64,000 nucleotides of DNA. Source: Hydrolagus colliei. Taxonomy: Eukaryota. Position numbers and translations under genes: made by a program. Below are positions 23,723 to 34,745 of this stretch, piece after piece. A model generated the notes under the pieces. The model was not told the DNA's origin. It did no database searches and was given only the letters and a program-made list of their open reading frames with translations. The stretch is taken from the NCBI GenBank assembly GCA_035084275.1, contig CM068743.1, positions 115,692,001 through 115,756,000 on the forward strand, given 5' to 3'. Each line of letters starts with the position of its first letter. Within the stretch, counting starts at the first letter, position 1.

Positions 23723-25109
23723 CTATTTTTGTAGAATGTTACAGTGGCCTATAAACAAACCCTCCAGGGACAAGGACGTATCCATTGGAAGATAGGGAAG
23801 ATTTGATAGTGGTCTTTAAAATGATCAGGTTTCCATTAGTCGGTGAGTCAATGGCTAGATGGCATCAATTTAAGATAATTATCAAAGGAGCAAATAAAAA
23901 TCTTTCCTTTTCGTATTGTGCCTCACATTGGGAGGATGTCTCAAAGTGCTTCACAGGATTTACTGTAAACTGGAGGGCTGACAGCTGACATAGTATAAGA
24001 TCACAAATTCTAAACATGCTAGAGAATCCCTGAGGAATCCAGATCTGTATTCCATGCCCCCAACAATCCATTTATTTTTATACAAGTGTCCTCTGTTATG
24101 TGCATGAATAAGGAGTGTATATTGGGGTATGCTTATTGTTTTATAGCCTATCCTCTGATCTCACAAATTTGAGTCATTATTAATCTTTAAAGGAATTGAT
24201 TTTTCTGCTGGTGTGTAGTTACGTGAAAGGCGCTGTAAAAAATCTATTTTTTTTTGTTGTTGTTAGTGTAAAATCAAAATACAGTTCCACCTTCATGAGC
24301 ATTGCTGTGCTGTTATAGTGTAAACCAAAATCAATAGGTTATATATCAGTAAACGTAACAAATATTTAATACTTATGCTCCTCTGCACCTCTAGTTCCTG
24401 GACAGGATATCAGAAGAGGTTTGTTGCCTGAGAAATTGTCCTTCTCCCACCTCCAGTCTCGAGACTTTTTTTTCTCTGTTGCAATTCTTTTTGCCTTTAT
24501 CTTATTGATAGTGAGACAATCATTGCCCCTCTGAACTTGTTCCTCCGAAATTCAACTAAACAGTTTACATACTGCCCCTCCTCCTCTTTGTATCCTTGCG
24601 TTGAAATTAAAACTAGTGGCAGCATCTCCTAATCCTTTTTAGGACATCAAGATTGTGAAACTCCTCAGTTCTCCCTCCACCACATTATCTTGTTTTACTC
24701 AAACTCTTTCAATGTTGGTGGTATCCTTCCCACACTGTCCCTTCACTTTGATTTCTGATTGTCTCTTACAATCATTGAATGTGATTTCTATTGGATATGA
24801 ACTTTACCAGCTATTGCATTAGTCTGTGATTGTGTATGTGTGTGTATGTTAAATTAATAGAAGTGATCTGACAATAATAATCCAAATGATTCTCTCCATC
24901 CTAGCACTGCCATGTGATTAGTAAAGTGCAATTGATATTCCTTCTACTCCACTATTGTTGGCCAAGCTTTTCAATCAATTCTTCTCCACTTTCTAGAACA
25001 CTCTTCCTATATCATTCCACCTCACACATTCCCTATCTACTTTGAAATCCTGTAGAAAAAACCAATTTATGAGGCAACATAAATCTGTTGAAAATCTGAT
25101 CTCGTAAAT

Positions 25110-25830
25110 CAAAGAGCCCTTCACAAACTGTGGTCACTAGGTATTAACAGCAAGCTTTGGTCATGGATGCAGAATTGGCTGAAGGGAAGGAACCAGAGGG
25201 TTTTTCTTAGTGGAGCTGGGTTAAATGGGAGGCAGTAAACTGAGTACAACAGTGGTCTATCCTGGGATAGATTAATAATCTGGATTCTCAAACCCAGTGT
25301 AAAATAGAAAAAAAGTGCAGATCAAACCATATTGGAAGATACTGTGGATTCCAGGAAGCAACAAAGCCCATGGTTTAAAGATAGTACAGACTACAGAGGA
25401 AAACAATGGGCATGATCTCCAGTGTTAGGAAAATGAGCTTTGAACAACAATTAAACAATCTTGAGATCTTCAGTCTTGAGAGAAGATGACTCAGAGGGGA
25501 CCTTGTAGAGCTGTATAACATTTAAAATTGGATTGAACAAGCAAACCCACATCAACACTTTGCGATGCACCAAAATATTAGAATAAAAGGACATAGATTT
25601 AGAGTTGTAAATGGCAATTTCGGGACACATACCAGGAAGTTTTTCTTTACTCAGAAGATTAATTAATGGCTGGAATCGGTTGCCAACCAGGGTGGTTGAG
25701 ATCATGGCACTGGATTCAAAACACAGCTGAAGCTGCGTGATAGGGGGACAGTAAGGAGAGTGATCTGGAAGGGTGAGAATGGATGAGCCAAAGGGCCTTC
25801 CTCATTTAAACCAATCTTGTGAACTTGTGA
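25110..25830 (+). mobile_element. CR1 LINE, decayed RT region to 3' end with internal deletions
   Basis: LHKLWSLGINSKLWSWMQNWLKGRNQRV; FSLERR.LRGDLVELY; INGWNRLPTRVVE. Confidence 0.85.
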
Positions 25831-26044
25831 TTTACACTCCATTCTCCACCTCTGCCCCCCACCACCCCCCCTCCATATGCACACAAATACATCCCCTCTA
25901 CTAATAAAGCTCCCATTACATCTCTGTAAAGGACTTTGAGATGTTCTCCTACATAAAAGGCCAAATGCAAATTATATACAGTTATATTGAGCAAATTATT
26001 GTTGGGATGAAATTGCTAGTGTGTGGAGCTGTTGTATCCTTGTG

Positions 26045-26580
26045 CATCAGCCTGGCTCCGTTGGTAGCACCTACACCTCTACGCCAGAAGATTGTGGGTT
26101 GAAATCTTATGTCGGGACTGTGAATTAACATTATAGGCTGACGCTTTGGTGCAGAGCTGGGGGAGTGCTGCGCTGTTGATGGTCCCATCCTTCAGACGAC
26201 ACTTCTAACAGAGGTCCTATCTGCGTGTTCAAGTGGACATTAAGGATACCATGGCATTACAACAACAACAAAATTACATTTGTGTGGCGCCTTTCATGTC
26301 GGGAGGATGTCCCAAGGCGCTGACCCTCAGAAAGAGAAGAGAGTTTCTTATGGTCAACAATTCCCCAAATAAAATTGCTTATTCACTTCATGACTGTTTT
26401 TGTGTGAGCAGTGTTGTGATGCAAATTGGCTGCCACTTTAACCTATAGAGTATGCAGTTCACTGCGCTTTGCAGTGTATCCTGGAAAGCACTTTGAGATG
26501 TCCTACTGGTGTAATAGATGCTGCACACACATATTTTTATATATGTGTATATATATATATCTAAGATAAGCATTATTATT
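26045..26580 (+). mobile_element. Deu-domain SINE interrupted by an antisense L2 tail (26258-26323)
   Basis: Head and Deu core up to ccatggcatt, then (aac)n...cccaaggcgctg, then the SINE resumes with gaaagagaagagagtttc... Confidence 0.85.
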
Positions 26581-27919
26581 ATAAGAAATATTGATAACAA
26601 TATATAAAACCATGAGCTACACACAAATTATGCCTGTCAACTGTGAGAGCACTTGTTTACAGAGGAAGTTGTGTGACTGGATTTTCCCAGCTATTTATTT
26701 TCAGTACCCGGTTGAGTCAGACCAGTGTAAGAAGGCCTTTTATTAATCCCCAGAGCTCTGGGAGTGAAAGTAAGAAGAAGGTGGCAGGTGAAGAGCCTGT
26801 GATGTTATCACTGGACTGTCAGGCAGCAGTGGGACAAGCTGGATGAGGTGCAAAGAGCTGCTTGAGCACACAGCACGACCTCAAACCCGTTTACAGTTCA
26901 AGACCACTATCTCCTGCCCCCGGTTTAACATTTCTTCAGACATTAATCGCTGTCTGAACTCAAGGCAGCATTTGCTTGTTTCTGAGGGACTTGGGTTGTG
27001 AGGCATGATCACGTTGAAACTACCAGCCAAACAGATAACAGCAGCAGAATTCGACTAATGCTTTTATCAGCTGTTTGTGTTCAGCAAAGCCAGATGATGT
27101 TTAAGGGGCCACTCAATACTCTTGAGCACTAATGTGACAGAACTCTTTGATTTTGAATACAGCAGAAGTTAATCTCGGCAACTGTTTGTATAAACCTGTG
27201 TTACTGTCACTATTGTTCACTTTTATCATCGTGTAACTTTTCCCAGAGATCAATCCTTTTGAGTGTCAGGATATATTTAAGCTTTGGGATCCTTTTGGGT
27301 TTGCTCTCTCTGCCCTTATTAACTCTTAGAGTACCGGCAGGTTGATAGATCTTCTTGTCTTGGTGTGGGAAGGGGTGCCATTTCTCTATATTGGTAGCTT
27401 ACACACTGTGATACTGGTAAACAGGCACTAAAATTTACTCAACATCAAGAATTATTTTAGCTCTGTAACATTAACAATAACTACTAAAATAAACATTGAA
27501 ATAGATCCTAAAATACTCAGTTTCCTGAATGGACTGGATAGATACCAAGCAATTATATGGAGTAAAAATTAGAACAAATTAGAGAGAGTTCTGCTAGAAA
27601 ATAATAAGATTCTATGATACAGTATATAGTTTGGACTCAACATGCCAAGCAACTGCCAGAATGGTAAAGGCGAACTAAATTGTCCTTGGTCTTCTTTCTT
27701 AGGGTTAGGGTTAGCAAATTATTATGTTCTTATGAGTATGCAATTACCCGAAGTTCTACTGACATTAGTTTCTAACTTTATTTAGAACAAACAAATAGTA
27801 TATATGTATTATTTCAGCACTACCCACCTAGTGAGCTAAAGTAAGCTTAGTATATCTCCACTTAGAAGTTGCCATAACTGCAAGTCATGTTGTGGTCACT
27901 CGGTCAACTACTGAACCAA

Positions 27920-28015
27920 TAAATATTGAGTACATACTGAAGTAAATTCTAAAATAAATGTTGAAGTGAATATTAAAATACATACAAAAATTAATGTTCA
28001 AATGAATTTTAAACA
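27920..28015. repeat. Degenerate 12-bp tandem repeat
   Basis: aagtaaattcta aaataaatgttg aagtgaatatta aaatacatacaa aaattaatgttc aaatgaatttta. Confidence 0.65.
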
Positions 28016-28264
28016 AAAATAAAAGTCTAATTTCTTTATCTTTGCTTGACTTGCCTATTCTTTCCATTTATTAATTTGCATTTTAATTGACTTTTTGCAC
28101 CCTACTCTTCCTCTGTTCTACAAACTCTCAGCTTGTTTTCTCTTTAAAATGTATTCACTGTATCATTATTCCATCTTCCATTTTCAAGGGAGAGAGAGAG
28201 CAATTTTTAAAAAAGATAGTTGTGCTATTGATTGAAGGTGGTTATTTATGTAACATTTAAGAGC

Positions 28265-28645
28265 GTCTAACTGTCCTTCCTCCCCCAAGTCCTCGCCATG
28301 ACCGGTACAGCCTTCCACCACCTCCGCAACATTGCCAGACTCTGCCACTACCTCACCCCACATGCTGCCGAAACACTCATCCACGCATTCATCACATCTA
28401 GGCTCGACTACGGGAACTCTCTCCTCATCGGGCTTCCCAGCTCTTCCCTTCACAAGATGCAGATTACTCAGAAATCTGCAGCTTGTGCTCTAGGCTCTGA
28501 TCCTTGTCCTCACTTTCAAGGCCATTCACAGCTTTGCCCATGCCTATCTTTCCAACCTGCTGTCTCCCTGTCAGTCTGCCCGGCCCTCTGTTCAGCGGGC
28601 TCTGGTCTGCTTCACATCCCCTGCCCAAATTGCCCTACCATCGTG
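28265..28645 (+). mobile_element. Internal L2 ORF2 fragment
   Basis: TAFHHLRNIARL...AETLIHAFITSRLDYGNSLLIGLP. Confidence 0.9.
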
Positions 28646-28749
28646 TACGAGTGACATCATTTGGACGTTTTGCCTATGCTGAATAGATAAATAATATACA
28701 GTGTCTAAGTGACACGAGTGACAAATTTAAAGCACTCTTGATAATCCAC

Positions 28750-28980
28750 AACTGAAGGGAGTTTCTCCCAGTGTCTGGGAGTTTCTCCCAGTGTCATCCC
28801 CCAAATAAAATTGTCATTCACTTCATAGCTGTTTGTGGAACATTGTTGTGCAAACATTGGCTTCCCCTGACAAATACCAACAAACAGTTGACAAATACAC
28901 AGTCACTACACTTCACAAAAGCCTTGTGAAGTGCTCTCAATGTTATAGGTGGTATATCAAACAAAAGTATCATAATATTT
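28750..28980 (+). mobile_element. Deu-SINE 3' half with internal 20-bp tandem duplication (28757-28796)
   Basis: gggagtttctcccagtgtc(t/a) twice; cattcacttcatagctgtttgtgg. Confidence 0.75.
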
Positions 28981-30924
28981 CTTTATAGCAATGAAATCCC
29001 TCGAATCCCTTGTTGAGAGTTACATTTTCTTGCCTGGTGCCATGCTACTCCATTTATATTATTATGAGACAAGTGTGTTCTTTACAAATGAGTTCTAAAT
29101 GTTTCATAATGTTTGTTTCTGTTTAACACAAGACAGAATTATTGGTGGTTTGGAATTTCCACATCATGGGTTCCACATCATTTTACCAGGGCAAAAAGGC
29201 TCTCGGGGAAAGAATGTCCATTAACCTCCTTTTCACATTCCTGTTGGCAGCAGTGACTATCTATCTATGGTATGATTTGTCATAGATATGACATATCTAT
29301 GGTATGGTTTGTCCACTCCACTGAATGTGGCACAAGTGGCCACAAATCTGTCTCAAAGGCTAGGAGGTGGGGATCCAATGCGGTGTAGATTGAAGTAAGG
29401 TGTACTGGTTGTGTGTCCATTCACTGCAGTTAACTCCCTTGCAGTTTAGGTTGTCACTGCCGATGTTCACTGAGGCAGTGCAACAGTGCCAGAGAGAGTG
29501 AGGGAGATGCCATACAAGTCTCTGTTACTATTAGCAAGGCCATGTGCTAGTTGGGTAGAGTGAGTAAATTAGTAGTCAGATGAAAAGGACTGAAGGGGAA
29601 ACAAAAGTGAAAGAAATTGGGAGCAGTACCTGTGTAGGATCAGCCAAGGGAGAGTTGTTGAATATTTCAAACCAGCCATGAAAAATTTAAAGGATTAATA
29701 GGGCTGGTCACCTAGCAATGTATCCCTGGGGTTAATGATAGGACAATTCTCACCTTTGCTAGGTGTGAAAAGTGTGAAACATTTTAAACGTGTTTATGTA
29801 TGAAATATTGGTTTGGTAGTGTGTAACTGTGGTCCATTAACCTCGAAAAGACTCTGAAATTATAGCAAGCCAGTCTCGCAATCAGTACTCCTTTTAAAGA
29901 ACATCCACAAAAGTATTAGAGTCGATTTCAACATTTAACGTTTCACTGCCTGTGTTGATTTTTTCAAGTGACTTTCTTTAAATCCGAAAACTTCCGAAAA
30001 CTCTGCAACCCGTGTCCTCTCCAGACCTTGCCCTTTAAAAGTTGAGTGCTAATTTGATTATTGTGGTTACTAACTTGAACAATTTATTGAGCTCTGGCTC
30101 TATGAAGGAATTTTGTGAATTTGGGAGATAAGTCACAATTTGTTTTACACAACCTATTTGTGAATACTGCTATGTATACCTCAATGACTTACTTTGAAGT
30201 GGAGTGACACCTGTGATGAATGCAAATGTATTTCTACCCTTAACATACCATAGACAGTAACAAGATAATCTTCACTTTGTGATTTTGAGTGAGGGACGAA
30301 TATTGGCCATAAGGCTGGGGAAAACTCCTGTTCTTATTCATAATGTTACTATGGGATCTTTAAAATATATCGGACCAACCCCTGGAACTCTCTTGCTGCC
30401 TAAGGCTGAAAATTTATATATTTACAGAGGAAAATGATTATTTCCTCCAATGCAGCTATTTTGCCCCAAATTGTGTTGAGACCATTATTTTGATTTTAAT
30501 AAATGTTGTTTCTGAAATAGCTTTCTTTTTGTGGGATATGGCTATTGTTTTGCTTGTCCATTTACTCTTCAGCTGCTGGATAATATAGAACCTAGGTGTC
30601 CTAGATCTGGACTCTTGCTAACTCTGGAGTATTAAGTATTTTAAGTCTTGTAGCTGACAAGCAGAGTTATTATGTACAGAGAGGTTCAAACAATTAATGA
30701 AAGATCATTATTTTAACCATCAGACATGATAGGCTGTAATCACTAAAAAATAGGAGAATCTTTTAATCTCATTTCCAACCTTTTCTTTATACCCTTTAAT
30801 TCACTTGCGTCTCGACTGCCAGTCCAACCAGCCAGCCAGCTGCATCTCCCTTTCAAACAAGTAATTTCCCCCCACTCCGCAATCATCTTATCCTGCATTA
30901 ACGGATCACAATTTGAATATGTTG

Positions 30925-31172
30925 AACTGAGTTTCTGTCTGTCTGTTCAGCTCGATTTTGAAGATCCAAATGCTCTATTCAAAAAGAGAAGATGTCCTGA
31001 CCAATAATCCCACAATTGGTCCTTGAATTCATAACTGTTCGTGGGACATTGCCAAAAATGGCTTGCCACATTTACTCATAAAACACACAATTACTCACTT
31101 TACAGTAAATCCTGTGGAGGGTTTTGAGACCTCCACCTGACACTATATCAAATGTAAGCATTATTATTATGA
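30925..31172 (+). mobile_element. Deu-SINE 3' part
   Basis: aagatcca...ctattcaaaaagagaag...gtgggacattgc...tatatcaaatgtaagcattattattat. Confidence 0.7.
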
Positions 31173-32140
31173 TTAGGTTTTCTCTGCCGGCTGTATTTTT
31201 AATCTAACCCTAATAATAACCATTAATAATAATATTAGCCAAGACATATTCCATTTTAATCTACAAAGTGTAACCAACGACTCTTATTGAAAGACCATTG
31301 TTTTCCCATTCTTTGGTCACTTGCAGTGTGTACTGGAACATTAGTATCTCAGCAGCCTGAATGCTGAGAATTATCCCAGAAAATGTACCCATCTGTCTTC
31401 TTCCGATGTTCCTCTTTTATCTAATAGGCTAGTCACAGGGGCGGAGAAGGGCGTAGTGATGTGAGGTAGGAATGGGAGTTAAGTGCTGATCTGTCAGCCA
31501 CTGTCTCCCTCTTAATCCCGTTCATCACCTTGACCTCTCTATTTAGATGGCTGACACTTCCTTTTTAACAGGCCTGTTCTGTGTGGGGTTCCTGAAGCCA
31601 GGGCGGCCAGTTCTCAGAGGCAGTTCTGTACTGATAAACGCTGGGATTACACTTTGGTGGGAGTGATCACTGGGCAAGTATGACTTGTTTGGGATTTGTG
31701 TGACATGAGGAACACTTACCAGGACAGCAATGATTAGTTGATAAATTGACTAACAAGTGAAATGGCCAGTGTTTTATTTCATTACCTGATTAGAAAACCG
31801 AGTATGAGTGACTTTGTGTTTTCCTCTGCAGGCTGTATTTTTAAAATAAATTTGCATCTACATATCGCATAGTTACCCTTCCATCTTGCGTTAGAAAATC
31901 TCTATGGTAGTCTTTCAATAAGTTAATTAATTCTTGCTTCATACTTGATGTAAAAAGCACCAATTTCGCAAGATGAAATCAATTGGTCATAGTTCATTAT
32001 TAACACATTTGAAACAAGAGTAGCTAAAAACACAAGCTGCTGAACTAATAGGGAAATCTTGTATTGGCTCAGTCTGGATCACGGGTTGGTAAAGTCAATC
32101 TGGCAAAATCATTAATTATCGGAAAGGGCTCACAAAGCAA

Positions 32141-32506
32141 GGAGTCTCACAGAGTAGTAACCAGCGCACTCACCTCGAAAGCGGGAAGACCTGGATTTGA
32201 ATCCTGAATGAGGGCAAAACCTTAGGTGAGTTTGTTTACTTCACACGACTCTGTTAACTGAGCAGTATGTAGGAACCCAGTTGTTAGTTGATTGGCAGAT
32301 TGTTTCTGAAAGTAATAATCGCTCAAAAAAATGTGCTCACTCAATCCATGACTGTTTGAGGGACACTGCTGTGTGCAATTGACTGTCGCATTTTACCCAC
32401 AAAATGAACAGTCAATCAACTTTACAATATATTCCGTGGAGCATTTTGAAACATCTAAATGATGTGTCAAGGCTTTGTATCAAATGCAAGGATTACTATT
32501 ATTATT
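32141..32506 (+). mobile_element. tRNA-SINE, long form (extra ~65-bp central segment)
   Basis: ggagtc head, B-box-like ggatttgaatcc, aaaccttaggtgagtttgtttacttcac, insert 32248-32312, common (TTA)n tail. Confidence 0.8.
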
Positions 32507-32574
32507 TTGTTAACCATACAGCGTTGCACTAATAAGAACTCCTACATTTGATATAATATCTGAAACTTCGAAAA

Positions 32575-32832
32575 GCAGAGACCTGGGAGATTGTTCACCA
32601 AAGCACCAGGAGAAGCTCCCTTCTCTGTTTGAGCCTATTATTAACATCCATCTGAACAGTCAGAGAGGACTGTGGTTTAACATCGCTTCTGAAGGACAGC
32701 ATATTCATCAAAGCAGCGCATTAATGCTGCCAGCATTGCACTGGAGAATCAGCCTAGATATGAACTCAAAGTTCCGACATGAGGTTTGAACTCACAACTT
32801 TGCTACTCAGAGGCAAGAGTGATTGCTACCAC
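32575..32832 (-). mobile_element. Deu-domain SINE
   Basis: Reverse complement ggtagcaatcactcttgcctctgag...gagttcaaac...ttcagaagcgatgttaaacc. Confidence 0.75.
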
Positions 32833-32899
32833 CTTATATCAGGATTTTCAGACCTTTGGAATGAATTGACGAAGGAGAAATGCATAGAAGATGGTAAAT

Positions 32900-33125
32900 G
32901 CCCGTGTCCTCTCCTGACCAGGCTCTATCACCACAATCCTCACCCAACTCCACTGGCTTCCTATCAGAAAGAGGATACAGTTCAAGATCCTGGTCCTCAC
33001 TTTCACAGCCCTCCATAGCCTTGCTCCCTTCTATCTCTGCAATCTCCTAATCCCCTACCAACCTGATCACTCCCTCCGCTCAGCGGGCTCCGGCCTTTTT
33101 AACGTCACCCGCCTCACCATTGGGG
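32900..33125 (+). mobile_element. L2 ORF2 C-terminal fragment
   Basis: LHWLPIRKRIQFKILVLTF. Confidence 0.85.
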
Positions 33126-33919
33126 TGCATGTAATCCTTCAAAGAATTATATTTCACATCCATCAAAATGATTAAGAAGCGGGTTCTCTGATGAGTTGTT
33201 AGTATGATGATGTGACCAACATATCACAAACAAGAATCAATCCATTTCTTAAACCTACTACAACACATCTATTTATCCCATACACACTTCAACAATAGAT
33301 TACCAAGCTCTGTATTACCCTGAGGCCAGCTCTTGTAAATTAAGAGGGCTGATGATACCCGTTAGTTTATGTTTATAAATCTTATTGATCCTCAATCCAT
33401 GCATCCTTTGAATGAACCATTTAGTAAAATTTACAAATACCTGGGGCATTTTATAAGAGGCTGATGATTGCTCGTGTTGTGTCTAGCCAGTTGCAAAATT
33501 GACCTGTGATTCCCTGACAAGATAAATCTTAAAAGGAAACAATTTTTAACCGACCACACATAAATATGTTAATATTTACTAAAACAATAGCTGGTATGCA
33601 CCTTCTGAAGTCGTTCATCATTTTGCAATTATAAATATTGGGAAAAAAGCGGGTCTGGGGGTTTACCGCCACGGTATTTGATTTCAGTGACATTGGTACA
33701 ATCAGAGGTTGGACTGATGGAAGCTAAGTTATTTATTTATGGTGACTGTGACGATATAATGTGAAATCAATTTAAACCCAATAGGCTCAAGGGGGGGAAA
33801 AAAAACCTTAATGAGACACTCACTAGTGAATCTCAATCATAGATTGTTACGTTTCAAAAAGGATAAATTTTACCCTTGTGAACCATCAGGAGCTCTTCCG
33901 AGATAGAAAACAATGAATT

Positions 33920-34500
33920 CAACAAGAATTGCATTTCTATAGCACCTCTCAAGGAGGGTAGCATCCCAGAGTGCTCGACAGTAGCAGACCATATCACTGA
34001 GCTGGGGGATGGGGAGGTAACCGTAGGCACGGTCTAATAGGAAGGTCTTCAGGCATGACCTGAAGATGGGGAGGGAGGGGTAAGGTGGAGTGATAGAGGA
34101 AGAATGTTCCAGAGATTTGGGGTGTAATTGCTGAACGTTTGGCCACCAATAGACAAATAATTCAAGAACAATTTGCTGTTACATAGAGCCCTTCACAGAG
34201 GTAATGCCTTGGACCACTTAACAGTGGTGTGGTTTGATGCTGAGCTGGAAATGGAGTGGGAGTGTCTGAAGGCACAGTCAAAGAGAAAAGACTTAGGTGT
34301 GATTTGAACATGGGCAAAATGGAGGGATTGAGGCAAGGCATTCCAGAGATTGTTAGCATGGTGTCTGAAAGCATGGCAGTCAATTGTGGAGTGGAGGGGA
34401 CAAAGGGCATGCAGTAGATCAGAGGCAACTGAGCAATGGGAGTAGATAGTGTAGTGGAGTGGAGTGAGGTGTGAGCAGATTAGAGGGATAAGAAAGTGCC
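33920..34500 (-). mobile_element. Two old L2 3' fragments
   Basis: L2-type tails on the minus strand at ~33925 and ~34170; gttccagag / attccagag motifs of the L2 3' region. Confidence 0.55.
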
Positions 34501-34509
34501 AGGGTGTGA

Positions 34510-34745
34510 AGAATGAAGTTTAATAAATATGAGGCGCTATATTTCGGGAAGAAGAATGAGGGTGTGGAGGTATAGTCTGAAGGGTGAAAGAGTCAATGGA
34601 ATGATGGGGCAGAAGGATGTGGGGTGTACAAGAACATATATCACTGAAAAGTGACACAGAGGGTCAAGAAGCTTTTGACAATGCAAATAGGGTTCGGGCA
34701 TTCATAAAGAATGGGATTAAATATAAGAGTAGGAAAACCATTACC
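34510..34745 (+). mobile_element. CR1 ORF2 fragment
   Basis: MKFN..K..L.FGKKN; ANRVRAFIKNGIKYKSR. Confidence 0.7.

Noticed and set aside
27885-28067. ORF with 4-aa periodicity (IHFN/IYFR/IYFS)
   Set aside because: Translation of a degenerate 12-bp AT-rich tandem repeat.
33340-33470. Two CTGATGA motifs as snoRNA boxes or hammerhead cores
   Set aside because: No terminal stem with a suitable D box and no GAAA/stem II arrangement; it looks like a short local duplication.
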